From an uncultured Phycisphaeraceae bacterium (GTDB lineage: Bacteria > Planctomycetota > Phycisphaerae > Phycisphaerales > Phycisphaeraceae): 58,710 nt of DNA. A program made the translations under genes and the position numbers. The notes beneath the pieces are model-generated. The model was not told where the DNA came from. It searched no databases and saw only the letters and a list, made by a program, of their open reading frames with translations. Of the stretch, positions 38,817-48,158 are shown in pieces. Each line of letters begins with the position of its first letter. Within the stretch, counting starts at the first letter, position 1. The stretch lies in NCBI GenBank assembly GCA_964622625.1, contig CAZUUQ010000004.1:7517-66226 (forward strand). Reading direction: 5' to 3'.

Positions 38817-40582
38817 GCGAAAATGCCGGCAAATTGCGGATCGGCGACCTGCTGCTGGAAAAGCAGCTTGTCAATGAGCAGCAACTGCGCCAGGCTCTGG
38901 CTGAACAGGCCGGCAGCGGCAAGATGCTCGGCGAAGTGTTCGTCGAGCTGGGCCTCGTGCAGCCGGGCGTGCTGGTCAAGACGCTGGGCCAGCGCCTGGG
39001 CGTGCCGGCCGTGGTGCTGCGCCACGGGCTGATCGATCCGGCCCTGCTGCCGCTGATCGGCGCCGAGGAGGCCGAGAAGCTCGGCGTCATTCCGATGTTC
39101 AAGGTCCACGGCGAACTGACCGTGGCCATGGCCGAGCCGCAGTCGCTGCCGACGATCGACCGCCTCAAGGCCCTGTCGAACTGCCGCATCCGCCCGGTGC
39201 TGGCGCTCAAGAGCAACATCATCGAGTACGTGCGCAAGTACGCCGGCGGCGACGTCGATGTCGACGCGTTCCTCACCTCGCTGGCCGAGTCGGATGTCGA
39301 GGTCATAGAGCGGGAAGAGGTCGAGGAGATCTCGGCCACCAACCTCGACCGGATGGTGGAGGGCAGCCCGATCATCAACCTGGTGAACGTGGCGATGCTC
39401 TCGGCCGTGCGCGATGGGGCCAGCGACATCCACATCGAGCCGGATCATAAAGGCACGCGCATCCGCTACCGCATCGACGGCATGCTGCGCGACCTGATGA
39501 AGCCGCCGGCCGGCATGCACGCGGCCATCACCGCGCGCATGAAGGTCATCGGCAAGATGGACATCGCCGAGAAGCGCCTGCCGCAGGAGGGCCGCGTGCG
39601 CATCGTCGCCGAGGGTCGGCAGATCGACCTGCGCGTCTCGAGCATGCCGACGCTGCTGGGCGAGAAGATCGTGGTGCGCGTGCTGGACAAAGGCAATCTG
39701 CGCGTACGCATGGAAGACCTGGGAATGCGAGCCGAGGCGCTGACGTCGTTGCGGCACATGCTCGACAAGCCGCACGGGCTGGTGCTGGTCACCGGCCCGA
39801 CCGGCAGCGGCAAAACCACCACGCTCTACTCGGCCCTCGAACTGCTGCGCGGCACGGAGCGCAACATCGTCACCGTGGAAGATCCCGTGGAGTACCAGCT
39901 TGATCTGGTCAATCAGATCCAGGTGCACCCGGCGATCGGCATGACCTTCGCCCGCGCCCTTCGCAGCATCCTGCGCCAGGATCCGGACGTGATCATGGTC
40001 GGCGAGATCCGCGACGACGAAACGGCCAAGGTGGCGGTGCAGGCGGCCCTGACCGGGCACCTGGTGCTGGCGACGCTGCACACCAACGACGCGCCCAGTG
40101 CGGTGGCCCGCCTGCTGGACATGGGCGTCGAGTCGTACCTGCTGTCGGGCGCGCTCAACGGCGTGTGTGCCCAGCGGCTGGCGCGGACCATCTGTCCGTC
40201 GTGCGCCACCAAGTATTACCCCTCGGAGCAGGTGCTGCGCGATGCGGGCCTGAGTGACCGCGTCGGCCAGACGTTTCGCAAGGGCGACGGCTGCGCCAAC
40301 TGCCACAACAGCGGCTTCCAGGGCCGCTGCGGCATCTACGAAGTGATGGAAGTCACGCCTGATCTGCGGCCCATGATCCACGGGGCGGTGGCGGCACACG
40401 AGCTTCGTCGCGCCCACATACAGCATGGCGGTCTGACACTGCGGCAGGAGGGCGTGCTGCTGGCGCTGGAGGGGCGCACGAGCCTGGAGGAAGTGCTCCG
40501 CGTCACGCAGTCTGAGGATGAGCAGTCCGCCACGGTCGCCCCCAAGCCGGCCGCCAAGGAGGAGGCGAAACAGGCCGCATGA
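38813..40582 (+). CDS. Type II secretion / type IV pilus assembly ATPase (GspE/PilB family) with an MshEN-like N-terminal domain
   Basis: It has Walker A GPTGSGKTTT, the Asp box and Walker B VIMVGEIRD, a His box ATLHTND and a tetra-Cys CPSC..CANC. The GTG start overlaps the STAS stop codon (GTGA). Confidence 0.92.
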   Translation: MSENAGKLRIGDLLLEKQLVNEQQLRQALAEQAGSGKMLGEVFVELGLVQPGVLVKTLGQRLGVPAVVLRHGLIDPALLPLIGAEEAEKLGVIPMFKVHGELTVAMAEPQSLPTIDRLKALSNCRIRPVLALKSNIIEYVRKYAGGDVDVDAFLTSLAESDVEVIEREEVEEISATNLDRMVEGSPIINLVNVAMLSAVRDGASDIHIEPDHKGTRIRYRIDGMLRDLMKPPAGMHAAITARMKVIGKMDIAEKRLPQEGRVRIVAEGRQIDLRVSSMPTLLGEKIVVRVLDKGNLRVRMEDLGMRAEALTSLRHMLDKPHGLVLVTGPTGSGKTTTLYSALELLRGTERNIVTVEDPVEYQLDLVNQIQVHPAIGMTFARALRSILRQDPDVIMVGEIRDDETAKVAVQAALTGHLVLATLHTNDAPSAVARLLDMGVESYLLSGALNGVCAQRLARTICPSCATKYYPSEQVLRDAGLSDRVGQTFRKGDGCANCHNSGFQGRCGIYEVMEVTPDLRPMIHGAVAAHELRRAHIQHGGLTLRQEGVLLALEGRTSLEEVLRVTQSEDEQSATVAPKPAAKEEAKQAA

Positions 40583-41790
40583 AGCTCGCCTACCAGGCTT
40601 TCGACCGCCAGGGCCGCTCGATCAGCGACGTGATCGACGCGGCCAGTCTCGCCGAAGCGACCGAATCGCTTCGCCGCGAAGGTCTGTTCGTGGCCCAGCT
40701 CGCCCCCGCGAGTGCGGCCGCGACGGCGACGACCATGCCGAGCAAGGGCGGCATGCGCGATCTGGCGATCTTCACCAAGCAGCTTTATGTGCTGGCCTCG
40801 ACCGGTTCACCCGTGCCCGAAGCCCTGGCCGCTTTGCAGCGCCAGATGCGCAACCCCGCGTGGAAAGCCGTGCTGGCCGACATCATCGAGCGCGTCGAGG
40901 AGGGCGAGTCGCTCTCCGAGGCCATGGCCCAGCACCCCGGCTTCTTCGATGACATCTACCGCAGCCTGATCGCGGCTGGCGAAGCCAGCGGACAGCTTGT
41001 GTCGATGCTGCAACGGCTGTCGCTGCTGGTCAACAAACGCTGGCGCACGCAGAGCACGCTGCGCGGGGCGATGATCTATCCGATCGCCTTGACGGGCATC
41101 GCCGTTACGGTGCTGAATCTGGTCATGCTGTTCGTCGTGCCGCGGTTCATGGAACTGTTCGAGACGTTGGACGTCCCGCTGCCGGCCTCGACGCGGCTGC
41201 TGCTGGCCGCCAGCGAATTGTGCATGGGTTACTGGTGGGTCGGCGTGCTGGTGCTGGGCGGGGGCGGTTTCGCGGCGTGGCGGTATCTGCACACGCCGGC
41301 CGGTCAGCAATGGCGCGATGCGACCATCCTCCGCCTGCCGGTGTTCGGCAAGCTGGCCAAGGGATTTGCGGTGGCCCGCATCGCCCGCCTGCTGGGCAGC
41401 CTCGTGGAGAGCAACGTCACGCTGCTGGAGGCGCTGCAACTGACGCAGCGTGCGGCCGGCAACGTGCACTATGCCGCGCTGCTGGCCGACGCCGAACAGG
41501 CCGTCACCCAGGGCGAGCCGGTCAGCCGCACCTTCAACGACAACCCGCTGATTCCCGAGTCGTTTTACGAAGCACTGCGCAACGGCGAGCGTTCCGGCAA
41601 GATGGGTCTGCTGCTGGTCAACATCGCGGAGATGCTCGACGACGAGAACGAGACGACGCTGAAGGCGGCGCTGAGTCTGATCGAGCCGGCGATCCTCGTG
41701 GGCCTGGGCCTGCTGGTGGGCGCGGTCGCGGTGAGCATGTTCCTGCCGCTGTTCGATCTGACGGCGATGGCGTCGGGAGGAGGCGGCTGA
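40579..41790 (+). CDS. Type II secretion / type IV pilus platform protein (GspF/PilC family)
   Basis: It is 403 aa long with a duplicated T2SSF architecture and three TM helices. It has an ATGA overlap with the ATPase gene. Confidence 0.9.
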   Translation: MKLAYQAFDRQGRSISDVIDAASLAEATESLRREGLFVAQLAPASAAATATTMPSKGGMRDLAIFTKQLYVLASTGSPVPEALAALQRQMRNPAWKAVLADIIERVEEGESLSEAMAQHPGFFDDIYRSLIAAGEASGQLVSMLQRLSLLVNKRWRTQSTLRGAMIYPIALTGIAVTVLNLVMLFVVPRFMELFETLDVPLPASTRLLLAASELCMGYWWVGVLVLGGGGFAAWRYLHTPAGQQWRDATILRLPVFGKLAKGFAVARIARLLGSLVESNVTLLEALQLTQRAAGNVHYAALLADAEQAVTQGEPVSRTFNDNPLIPESFYEALRNGERSGKMGLLLVNIAEMLDDENETTLKAALSLIEPAILVGLGLLVGAVAVSMFLPLFDLTAMASGGGG

Positions 41791-42863
41791 TGGCCTGGTG
41801 GGGCCCCAGGAAGATGCCGATCGGTGTGGCGTGCGACGGCCGGCGCGTGCACGCGGTGCAGTGGCGGCTGGACCGCCAGGATCTGCGCCTGCACCGGGCG
41901 GCCTCGTGGCCGCTGCGCGATGCCTCGGAACTGTGGCCGCAAGCGGAGGTCGATCATCTGGCGGCGATGCTGTGTCGACGGCGGTTCGCGGGCGGACGGC
42001 TCGTGCTGGCTGCTCCCGCGGCGATCGCCAGCGCGCATCTGCTGCTGCTGCCGGACCGCGCCTCGGGCGCGCCATTGCCGCAGCTTGCCCGGATGGAGGC
42101 GGCTGCGGCGCGCAAGTGCGGCCCCGAACAACTGACGGTGGACCTGTGGGACGTGCCCGAGCCGGCCCGTGGGGGCGAAGGCTCGCACGTTCTGGCGGTC
42201 GCGTGTGACAACGGCGCGATCGAACCGGTGCTGGCGCGGTTTGATGCGGCCGGCCTCGATGTGGTCGCGATGGACTGGGCGGCCCTGGCGCTGCAGCGGA
42301 TGGCGGCGGCGCAACTGCCCGGCGGCGACGGAGCCCTGCTGCAACTGGACTGGACCGCCGGCCTGCTGGTGGTGGTGCATCGACACGTAGTGGTCTATGA
42401 GCGGCCGATACCGGAACTGGATCTGCGCCGGCTGCACGAGCAGGTGGTCAACCAGATGCACGTCAATGCGTCGCTGGCCGAATCGCTGATCGTGGGCGAC
42501 GAGTCGTTGGAGGTGCTTGGGCCGGAGGCCGCATCGACAGGCGAAGGCCGCCAGCCCCGACGCGAGCTGACGACCCTGATGCTTTCGCACCTGGCGGCGG
42601 CGGTGGGCGAGTTGCGGGCGGCGTTCGCGTTTGCCACGCATCGCTATCCCGACTGCCATCTCGATAAGTTGATGGTCAGCGGGCTGGGCACGACGGTGCC
42701 GGGGCTGGCCGATTATCTGGGGTCGGAACTGAAGGTGGACGTCATGGCGGCGGGGCGGGGTGGCACTGCACCGAGCCAGGTGCTGGCGGGTGGACTGGGC
42801 TGCTGGGCGTATCCGGAGGCGCCATGGGCGGCGGGATCCGTGCGACAGGAGGCTGCGGCATGA
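41790..42863 (+). CDS. PilM/GspL-like assembly protein (actin-like fold, cytoplasmic)
   Basis: Its position and size (357 aa) fit. It is PilM-like in having no TM helix and a C-terminal stretch LMVSGLGTTVPGLADYLGSEL. Its start overlaps the previous stop codon (TGATG). Confidence 0.6.
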   Translation: MAWWGPRKMPIGVACDGRRVHAVQWRLDRQDLRLHRAASWPLRDASELWPQAEVDHLAAMLCRRRFAGGRLVLAAPAAIASAHLLLLPDRASGAPLPQLARMEAAAARKCGPEQLTVDLWDVPEPARGGEGSHVLAVACDNGAIEPVLARFDAAGLDVVAMDWAALALQRMAAAQLPGGDGALLQLDWTAGLLVVVHRHVVVYERPIPELDLRRLHEQVVNQMHVNASLAESLIVGDESLEVLGPEAASTGEGRQPRRELTTLMLSHLAAAVGELRAAFAFATHRYPDCHLDKLMVSGLGTTVPGLADYLGSELKVDVMAAGRGGTAPSQVLAGGLGCWAYPEAPWAAGSVRQEAAA

Positions 42864-43513
42864 TCGGTCGCGTGAACCTCCTGCCCCCGTCGCGCATGCA
42901 CCAGCGGGCCGCGGCCGCGAGGCTGCGGTGCTGGGTCGTGATGGATCTGGCGGCCGTGGTGCTGGCGGCAGCGGCGATCGGTCTGGTCCTGGCGGCCCGG
43001 CCGGCGACGGCGCCGACGCGGTCAGCCTTGGCCGACGTCGAGGCGGATATCAAGGCTGCCCGCGGCGAACTGGCGGAGCTTCAGCCGCGGCTGCGCGTCC
43101 AGCGCCGCACGCTCGAAGCCATCGAGCACGTCCGTGACCAGCCCAACTGGGCCATTCTCCTGACGCTGCTGAGCCACCTGCGCGAACAGGAGGCGGTGCT
43201 GCGGTCGGTGCGCGTGGACACAGTCAGCGGCAACGGGGTCGGCGCATCGGTGCTGGAGGCGGCGATGGCCTCGCAGCGCGGCGGGGTGCAGCGGCCGACG
43301 GCGTTCAACGTCCACATCGAAGGTCTGGCAGCCTCGCAGGCGGATGTATCGCGGGTGGTGCTGGCGTGCGAGCAGACGGGCTTGTTCACGTCGGTGAAGC
43401 TCGTCACCACGTCGGCGCAGACGCTGCTGGATCGGCCGGTGACGCGCTTCGAACTTCAGGGCCGCATCAGCGGCGGGGCCGGGATCCGGGTAGAGGGGAG
43501 GATCCAGCCGTGA
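42860..43513 (+). CDS. PilN-like assembly protein
   Basis: The N-terminal motif MIGRVNLLP (the PilN INLLP motif) is followed by a single TM helix and a coiled coil. It has an ATGA overlap with the previous gene. Confidence 0.6.
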   Translation: MIGRVNLLPPSRMHQRAAAARLRCWVVMDLAAVVLAAAAIGLVLAARPATAPTRSALADVEADIKAARGELAELQPRLRVQRRTLEAIEHVRDQPNWAILLTLLSHLREQEAVLRSVRVDTVSGNGVGASVLEAAMASQRGGVQRPTAFNVHIEGLAASQADVSRVVLACEQTGLFTSVKLVTTSAQTLLDRPVTRFELQGRISGGAGIRVEGRIQP

Positions 43514-44136
43514 GCAGCCGCGGGGCGGGCACAACCCGGCAGGTGATGGTGCGCCACGCCGGCGGCGAGGCCGCGCATGGGGTCATGCATCTGGCAGGCC
43601 TGGGCGTGGTGCTGCTGGCGGCGGCGGCGGTGCACTGGTTGGGCCTGCGGCCGCTGGCGGCTGCCCGTGCGGAGGCTGGTGAGCTGCGGGCGGCGCTGGC
43701 GTCGCAGCAGCAGGTTCTGGACACGACGCAGGACCTATTGCAGCGCGGCCGCGGGCAGGTGGAGCAACTGAGCAGGCAACTGGAGCAGGCACCGCTGCAA
43801 CTCGACGACGTGTCGCATCTGAACCAGCGTCTGGCGGCTCTGACGGAGCTGGCGCGCGACGGGCAGTTGCTGATTCACCAGATGCAGCCGGGCGAGGCGA
43901 TCGCGGGGACGGACTACGAGATCGTGACCATCCGCCTTGCGGGCGAGGCGACGTACCAGACGTTCACGCGCTTCATCGATCGGCTGCACCGCGAGATGCC
44001 GGACATCGAGGTTCGGTCGCTGGACATCCGCGGCGGCGCGGCGACAGCCAACGGAGCGGCGGCGTTTCGCCTGGAGTGCCTCTGGTATGCGAGGCTGCGA
44101 TCGCCTGCCGGCGGGGGGCTTGCCACCGGAGAGTGA
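43510..44136 (+). CDS. PilO/GspM-like assembly protein
   Basis: It has a single TM helix (LAGLGVVLLAAAAV) followed by a coiled coil and a C-terminal alpha/beta region. The start is ambiguous (GTG 43510, ATG 43546 or ATG 43585). Confidence 0.45.
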   Translation: MSSRGAGTTRQVMVRHAGGEAAHGVMHLAGLGVVLLAAAAVHWLGLRPLAAARAEAGELRAALASQQQVLDTTQDLLQRGRGQVEQLSRQLEQAPLQLDDVSHLNQRLAALTELARDGQLLIHQMQPGEAIAGTDYEIVTIRLAGEATYQTFTRFIDRLHREMPDIEVRSLDIRGGAATANGAAAFRLECLWYARLRSPAGGGLATGE

Positions 44137-44222
44137 ATGAAGCAGGGGGGTGAGGAACCAAGGGTTCGGGGACCGATGGACCATAGGACCAAGGGACAGT
44201 GGGAGAAGTGACGGAGTTGGGC

Positions 44223-44795
44223 ATGACACGTGAGCGGAAAATCCTGGCGACCATCCTGACGGTTGGCGCAGGGGCGCTGCTGGTGGACCGCGCACTGCAG
44301 AGCGGTGAGCCGGCGGCGGCCGATGCCGCGGTGCTTGTCGCGCAGTCGGGTCCGGCGATGGATGCCGACACGATGACGCCGCCCGCAGCGGCGACGGTTG
44401 CCGCTTCGCCGGACCAAGGCCCCTCGGTGGCCCAGCGGCTGGCGCGGACGGCCGAACGGTTGGCGATCGATCCGGGCCAGGTGCAGGAAGCATTCAATCC
44501 GCCGGCGTCGTGGCTGCAGCAGACCGCCGAGGCCGCGAATGGGGCCGAGCAGCCGCTGTCGGCCCAGGCGCGCCAGTTCGCCCAGCGCCACCGGCTTGAG
44601 GCCGTGGTGCTCAGCGGTGACGCCAGCTTCGTGGTGATTAACGGCATGACGCTGCGGCGGGGCCAGTCGCTGGACGGTCTGTTGCTGGTGGATATTCAGT
44701 CGCGTTCGGTGGTGTTCGAGTCGCCGCAGATGCGGGTGACGCTGCGCCTGGCGGACGCCGGCAGCGAAGGCGGTGCGGGTGGCGAAGGCCGATAA
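44223..44795 (+). CDS. Hypothetical single-TM protein, possibly PilP/GspC-like
   Basis: It has an N-terminal TM helix, an Ala/Pro-rich linker and a C-terminal stretch VVLSGDASFVVINGMTLRRGQSLDGLLLVDIQSRSVVF that resembles PilP/GspC-type beta domains. The ATG at 44223 has a GGAG SD. Confidence 0.35.
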   Translation: MTRERKILATILTVGAGALLVDRALQSGEPAAADAAVLVAQSGPAMDADTMTPPAAATVAASPDQGPSVAQRLARTAERLAIDPGQVQEAFNPPASWLQQTAEAANGAEQPLSAQARQFAQRHRLEAVVLSGDASFVVINGMTLRRGQSLDGLLLVDIQSRSVVFESPQMRVTLRLADAGSEGGAGGEGR

Positions 44796-44972
44796 CCCGC
44801 GGCCGATGTGCTGCGGTGTCAGACCAGGCCGCAGTCAATGGCACACTCTTGCCAATCCGCCGCAGAGGGGACGATCCGGCGTCAAGTGCCGGGTGCGGCG
44901 CGCCGACGTGAAGAGTTGGAGCGCCGCAATTCGCGGCGATTTCGGGCCATCGGCCCGCCAAGGAGCACTGAC

Positions 44973-45449
44973 ATGCACGGGTACGCACGCAATCGTCACG
45001 CCGGGTTCAGCCTGATCGAGCTGGTCATCGTGGTGGTGATCATCGGGATCATCGGCGCCATCGCGATCCCGCGCATCAGCCGCGGCTCGGCGGGCGCGGC
45101 CGACTCGGCCACCATGGGCGACCTGGCGGTGCTGCGCAACGCCATCGACCTCTACGCCACCGAGCACGACGGCACCTATCCGACGCTGGCGGCGATCGAG
45201 GACCAGTTGACGCAGTACACCGATTCGGCCGGCAACGTCTCGGCCACGCGGGATGCGACGCACATCTATGGTCCATACGTGCGGCGGATCCCCCCGCTGA
45301 AGGTCGGCGTCGAAAAGGGCAGCACAGCCTTCACCGACACGGCAGGCACCGCCGACTCCGGCTGGGTCTACGACGAGGACACCGGCAACCTGGTGCCCAA
45401 CACCACCACCGAAGCCGACGCCACGGGCCGTCTCTACTCAGACTATTGA
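44973..45449 (+). CDS. Prepilin-type N-terminal methylation-domain protein (major pilin/pseudopilin candidate)
   Basis: The leader MHGYARNRHAG|FSLIELVIVVVIIGIIGAIAIP shows a G/F cleavage site with Glu at +5. A strong SD aaggag is present. Confidence 0.8.
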   Translation: MHGYARNRHAGFSLIELVIVVVIIGIIGAIAIPRISRGSAGAADSATMGDLAVLRNAIDLYATEHDGTYPTLAAIEDQLTQYTDSAGNVSATRDATHIYGPYVRRIPPLKVGVEKGSTAFTDTAGTADSGWVYDEDTGNLVPNTTTEADATGRLYSDY

Positions 45450-45514
45450 TCGCACCCCCAAACTGACATACGACCGCGCGTCGGCCGTGAGGGCGGCGGG
45501 GTGAAAGGAGAACG

Positions 45515-46027
45515 ATGATGGCCCGGGCCGCAGCGTTCTCTCTGCTTGAACTGGTCATGGTGATCGTGATCCTTGGCGTGGTGGCCGCCCTGGCGGTGCC
45601 ACGCCTGTCACGTGCCGGCAGGAACGCGTCCGTTGCCGCGCTGACCGCCGACCGGGCCGTGCTCCAGAGTGCCATCGATCGCTACGAGGCCGAGCACAAC
45701 AGCACGTTTCCCGCGGCAGCGACGATCGTCGATCAGTTGCTGAAGTTCACGGACATCGAGGGCAACGTCGCGGCCAGCGGCGACGCGGTGCATCTGTTCG
45801 GTCCGTACCTGCGGCGCATTCCCCCCCTGGCGCACGGGCCCAACGCCGGGGCGACGACGATCGCCACGGAACCGGCCGCGGTCGTGGGCTGGATCTATGT
45901 GCCATCCAGCGGCCGCATTTATCCCAACCTGTTCGAGAACGGGCAGATTGACGAGGAACTCAAGCCTCTGCTGGGCCTGTCGCCGCTGCAGTTGAAGCAG
46001 TTCGAGCAGGACGGGAGGCTGCCGTGA
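45515..46027 (+). CDS. Prepilin-type protein, paralog of 44973..45449
   Basis: The N-terminus is MMARAAA|FSLLELVMVIVILGVVAALAVP, and the core L(R/Q)(N/S)AID(L/R)Y(A/E)(T/A)EH is shared. Position -1 is Ala, not Gly. The SD is aaaggag. Confidence 0.7.
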   Translation: MMARAAAFSLLELVMVIVILGVVAALAVPRLSRAGRNASVAALTADRAVLQSAIDRYEAEHNSTFPAAATIVDQLLKFTDIEGNVAASGDAVHLFGPYLRRIPPLAHGPNAGATTIATEPAAVVGWIYVPSSGRIYPNLFENGQIDEELKPLLGLSPLQLKQFEQDGRLP

Positions 46028-46500
46028 CCCTGCCTGCGCGCTGTTCGTGGGCCGGGGGGTTCACGCTGGTGGAGCTGGTGCTCGTGGCGGCCATCGTGGC
46101 GATCATGTCGGCGATGGCCATTCCACGTTACGCCCGGGCCATGGAGCGATACCGTGTGCAGGCGGCCACGCAGCGCGTGATCAACGACCTGGCCCACGCG
46201 GCTGAGGTCGCACGCACCCGCAGCGCCCCGGCGGTGATCCGCTTTGATCCCGACGACGACTCGTACACCATCGAAGGGCTGGACGATCCGGACCGCGACG
46301 AGGCGGAGTACGTCGTGCGGCTCGACCAGTCGCCCTACGGTGTGCGGTTGTACCACGCGAACTTCAACGATGAGTCGTGGGTGCGATTCGACGGCTACGG
46401 CCAGCCGCAGACCGGCGGCTTGGTCATCATCGGCGGGCCGCTGAGCGGCATGCGGGTGATAGCGCTGGACGCGCAGACCGGAAAGGCGGTGGCGCAATGA
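46024..46500 (+). CDS. GspH/FimT-like minor pseudopilin
   Basis: The N-terminus ..WAGG|FTLVELVLVAAIVAIMSAMAIP is prepilin-type, and it is 158 aa long. Its GTG start overlaps the previous stop codon (GTGA). Confidence 0.65.
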   Translation: MTLPARCSWAGGFTLVELVLVAAIVAIMSAMAIPRYARAMERYRVQAATQRVINDLAHAAEVARTRSAPAVIRFDPDDDSYTIEGLDDPDRDEAEYVVRLDQSPYGVRLYHANFNDESWVRFDGYGQPQTGGLVIIGGPLSGMRVIALDAQTGKAVAQ

Positions 46501-48158
46501 GTCGCTGCGGCCGCAATGCGAGTCCCCGGCATGCACGTGCCGCCACCGGCGGCATGACGCTGGTGGAAGTCGTCGTCGCCCTGGCGATCAGCAGTCTGCT
46601 GATGGTGGCGGTGGGGTCGGCGGTGGTGATGGCGTCGCACGCCTTGCCGAGCCGCTCGAGTCCGACGCAGGCGGGCATTCATGGCGGACGGGCGCTGCAG
46701 CACATGGCGGCCGAGTTGGAAACCGCCCTTTACATGATCGAACGCGACGCCCGCGCTGTGAGCTTTACGGTGCCGGACCGTGATAACGACGGTCGGCCGG
46801 AGGTGGTGCGCTACACCTGGTCGGGCACGGCCGGGGATCCACTGGAGCGTCAATACAACGGTGGGCCGGCGGTCGCGGTGCTCGACGAAGTGGGGCTGCT
46901 GCATCTGACTTACGACATGCAGAGTGTCAGCGAGTCGATCCGCGGTCCGGGCGTCGAGGATGCGCAGGAACAGCTTCTGGCCGCGGTCGGCGACTGGGGC
47001 GGATTCAATGAACTGTCGGTGACCAGCGCCCGGTGGGCGGGACAGTATTTTCTGCCGGACCGCGCGCGGGTGGGCATGAGCTGGCGGCCGACGCGGGTGC
47101 TGGTGCGGGCGAGGCAGGCCTCGAGCCCAGGGGCGGTGTGGCTGGAACTGCACCGCGCCGACGCGAACATGCGGCCGTCGGGCACGGTGCTGGCCTCGAC
47201 GTCGCTGACCTCGGCCAGTCTGGTGTCGTGGTTCCATGTCTGGCGGGAACTGCCGATTACGGGGGTGCAGGGCCTGGCGCCGGATCAGGCGGTATGTTTC
47301 GTGGTCAGGCATCAGCAGGGCACCACCGGCGCGTACCTGGCTGGTGACGACAGCTCCGGTTCGGGTCTGCTGCGCACCACCGACAGCGGCGCGACCTGGC
47401 AGTATCACGCCACCCAGTCGCTGCACACGGAGCTGTACGGCCACGTCACAATGCCCGGGCCGGCGAAATCGGTGGCGCGGCACTATCTGGCGGGCGTGGG
47501 TGTGACGCTGGTGACGGGAGCCCAGGGCAAGCGGCTGTCCACCACGATGGCGGCGCTGAACCACCCGGAGCTGCTGCGAGGCCTGTGGGAGCTGGATTTC
47601 GAACGCAATCCCACAACGGTGGACCTCAATGGCGACAGCCTGGGTGACTGGGTGGTCGAGAACGGCAGCGCCTTTGCCATGTCATCGCTGTCGGACGGCG
47701 TCTGGCGCCCGACGCAGACACTCATGAGCCAGCCGCAGTCGGACTTCACCGGGCTGACCACCATCGAGCTGCGCTGGCGGGCCGTGAGCGTCGGCGGGCA
47801 GGGAGCGCTGATGGCGATCAACGCGGATCGCAGCGAAGGCCAGGCTGTGCAGCTTCTCAGTTCGCTGACGCGGCAAGCGGACGGCACGCAACTGCTGCGC
47901 ATCCATCGAATGACCAGCGGCGGAGAGATGCCGTTGCTGGCCCTGATCGGCGGACTTCCTGGCGAGATGATAGACCTGCGGTTGATGATCGATCCGGCGA
48001 CGCGCACCTTCAACCTGAACGTCAATGACACGGACCGCGGCAGCTTCGCTTATCAGCGTGACGCGGTCAACGGTCGGCAAGGGCGGGTGTGGCTGATGGC
48101 CTTGGGCGCGACGGCGGAGTTTGACCATGTGCGCATCCGCGAGGGAGGTGCGCCATGA
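46497..48158 (+). CDS. Large GspJ/PilW-like minor pseudopilin (553 aa)
   Basis: The N-terminus ..ATGG|MTLVEVVVALAISSLLMVAVG is prepilin-type, followed by a long C-terminal extension with no motif I recognise. It has an ATGA overlap with the previous gene. Confidence 0.6.
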   Translation: MSRCGRNASPRHARAATGGMTLVEVVVALAISSLLMVAVGSAVVMASHALPSRSSPTQAGIHGGRALQHMAAELETALYMIERDARAVSFTVPDRDNDGRPEVVRYTWSGTAGDPLERQYNGGPAVAVLDEVGLLHLTYDMQSVSESIRGPGVEDAQEQLLAAVGDWGGFNELSVTSARWAGQYFLPDRARVGMSWRPTRVLVRARQASSPGAVWLELHRADANMRPSGTVLASTSLTSASLVSWFHVWRELPITGVQGLAPDQAVCFVVRHQQGTTGAYLAGDDSSGSGLLRTTDSGATWQYHATQSLHTELYGHVTMPGPAKSVARHYLAGVGVTLVTGAQGKRLSTTMAALNHPELLRGLWELDFERNPTTVDLNGDSLGDWVVENGSAFAMSSLSDGVWRPTQTLMSQPQSDFTGLTTIELRWRAVSVGGQGALMAINADRSEGQAVQLLSSLTRQADGTQLLRIHRMTSGGEMPLLALIGGLPGEMIDLRLMIDPATRTFNLNVNDTDRGSFAYQRDAVNGRQGRVWLMALGATAEFDHVRIREGGAP

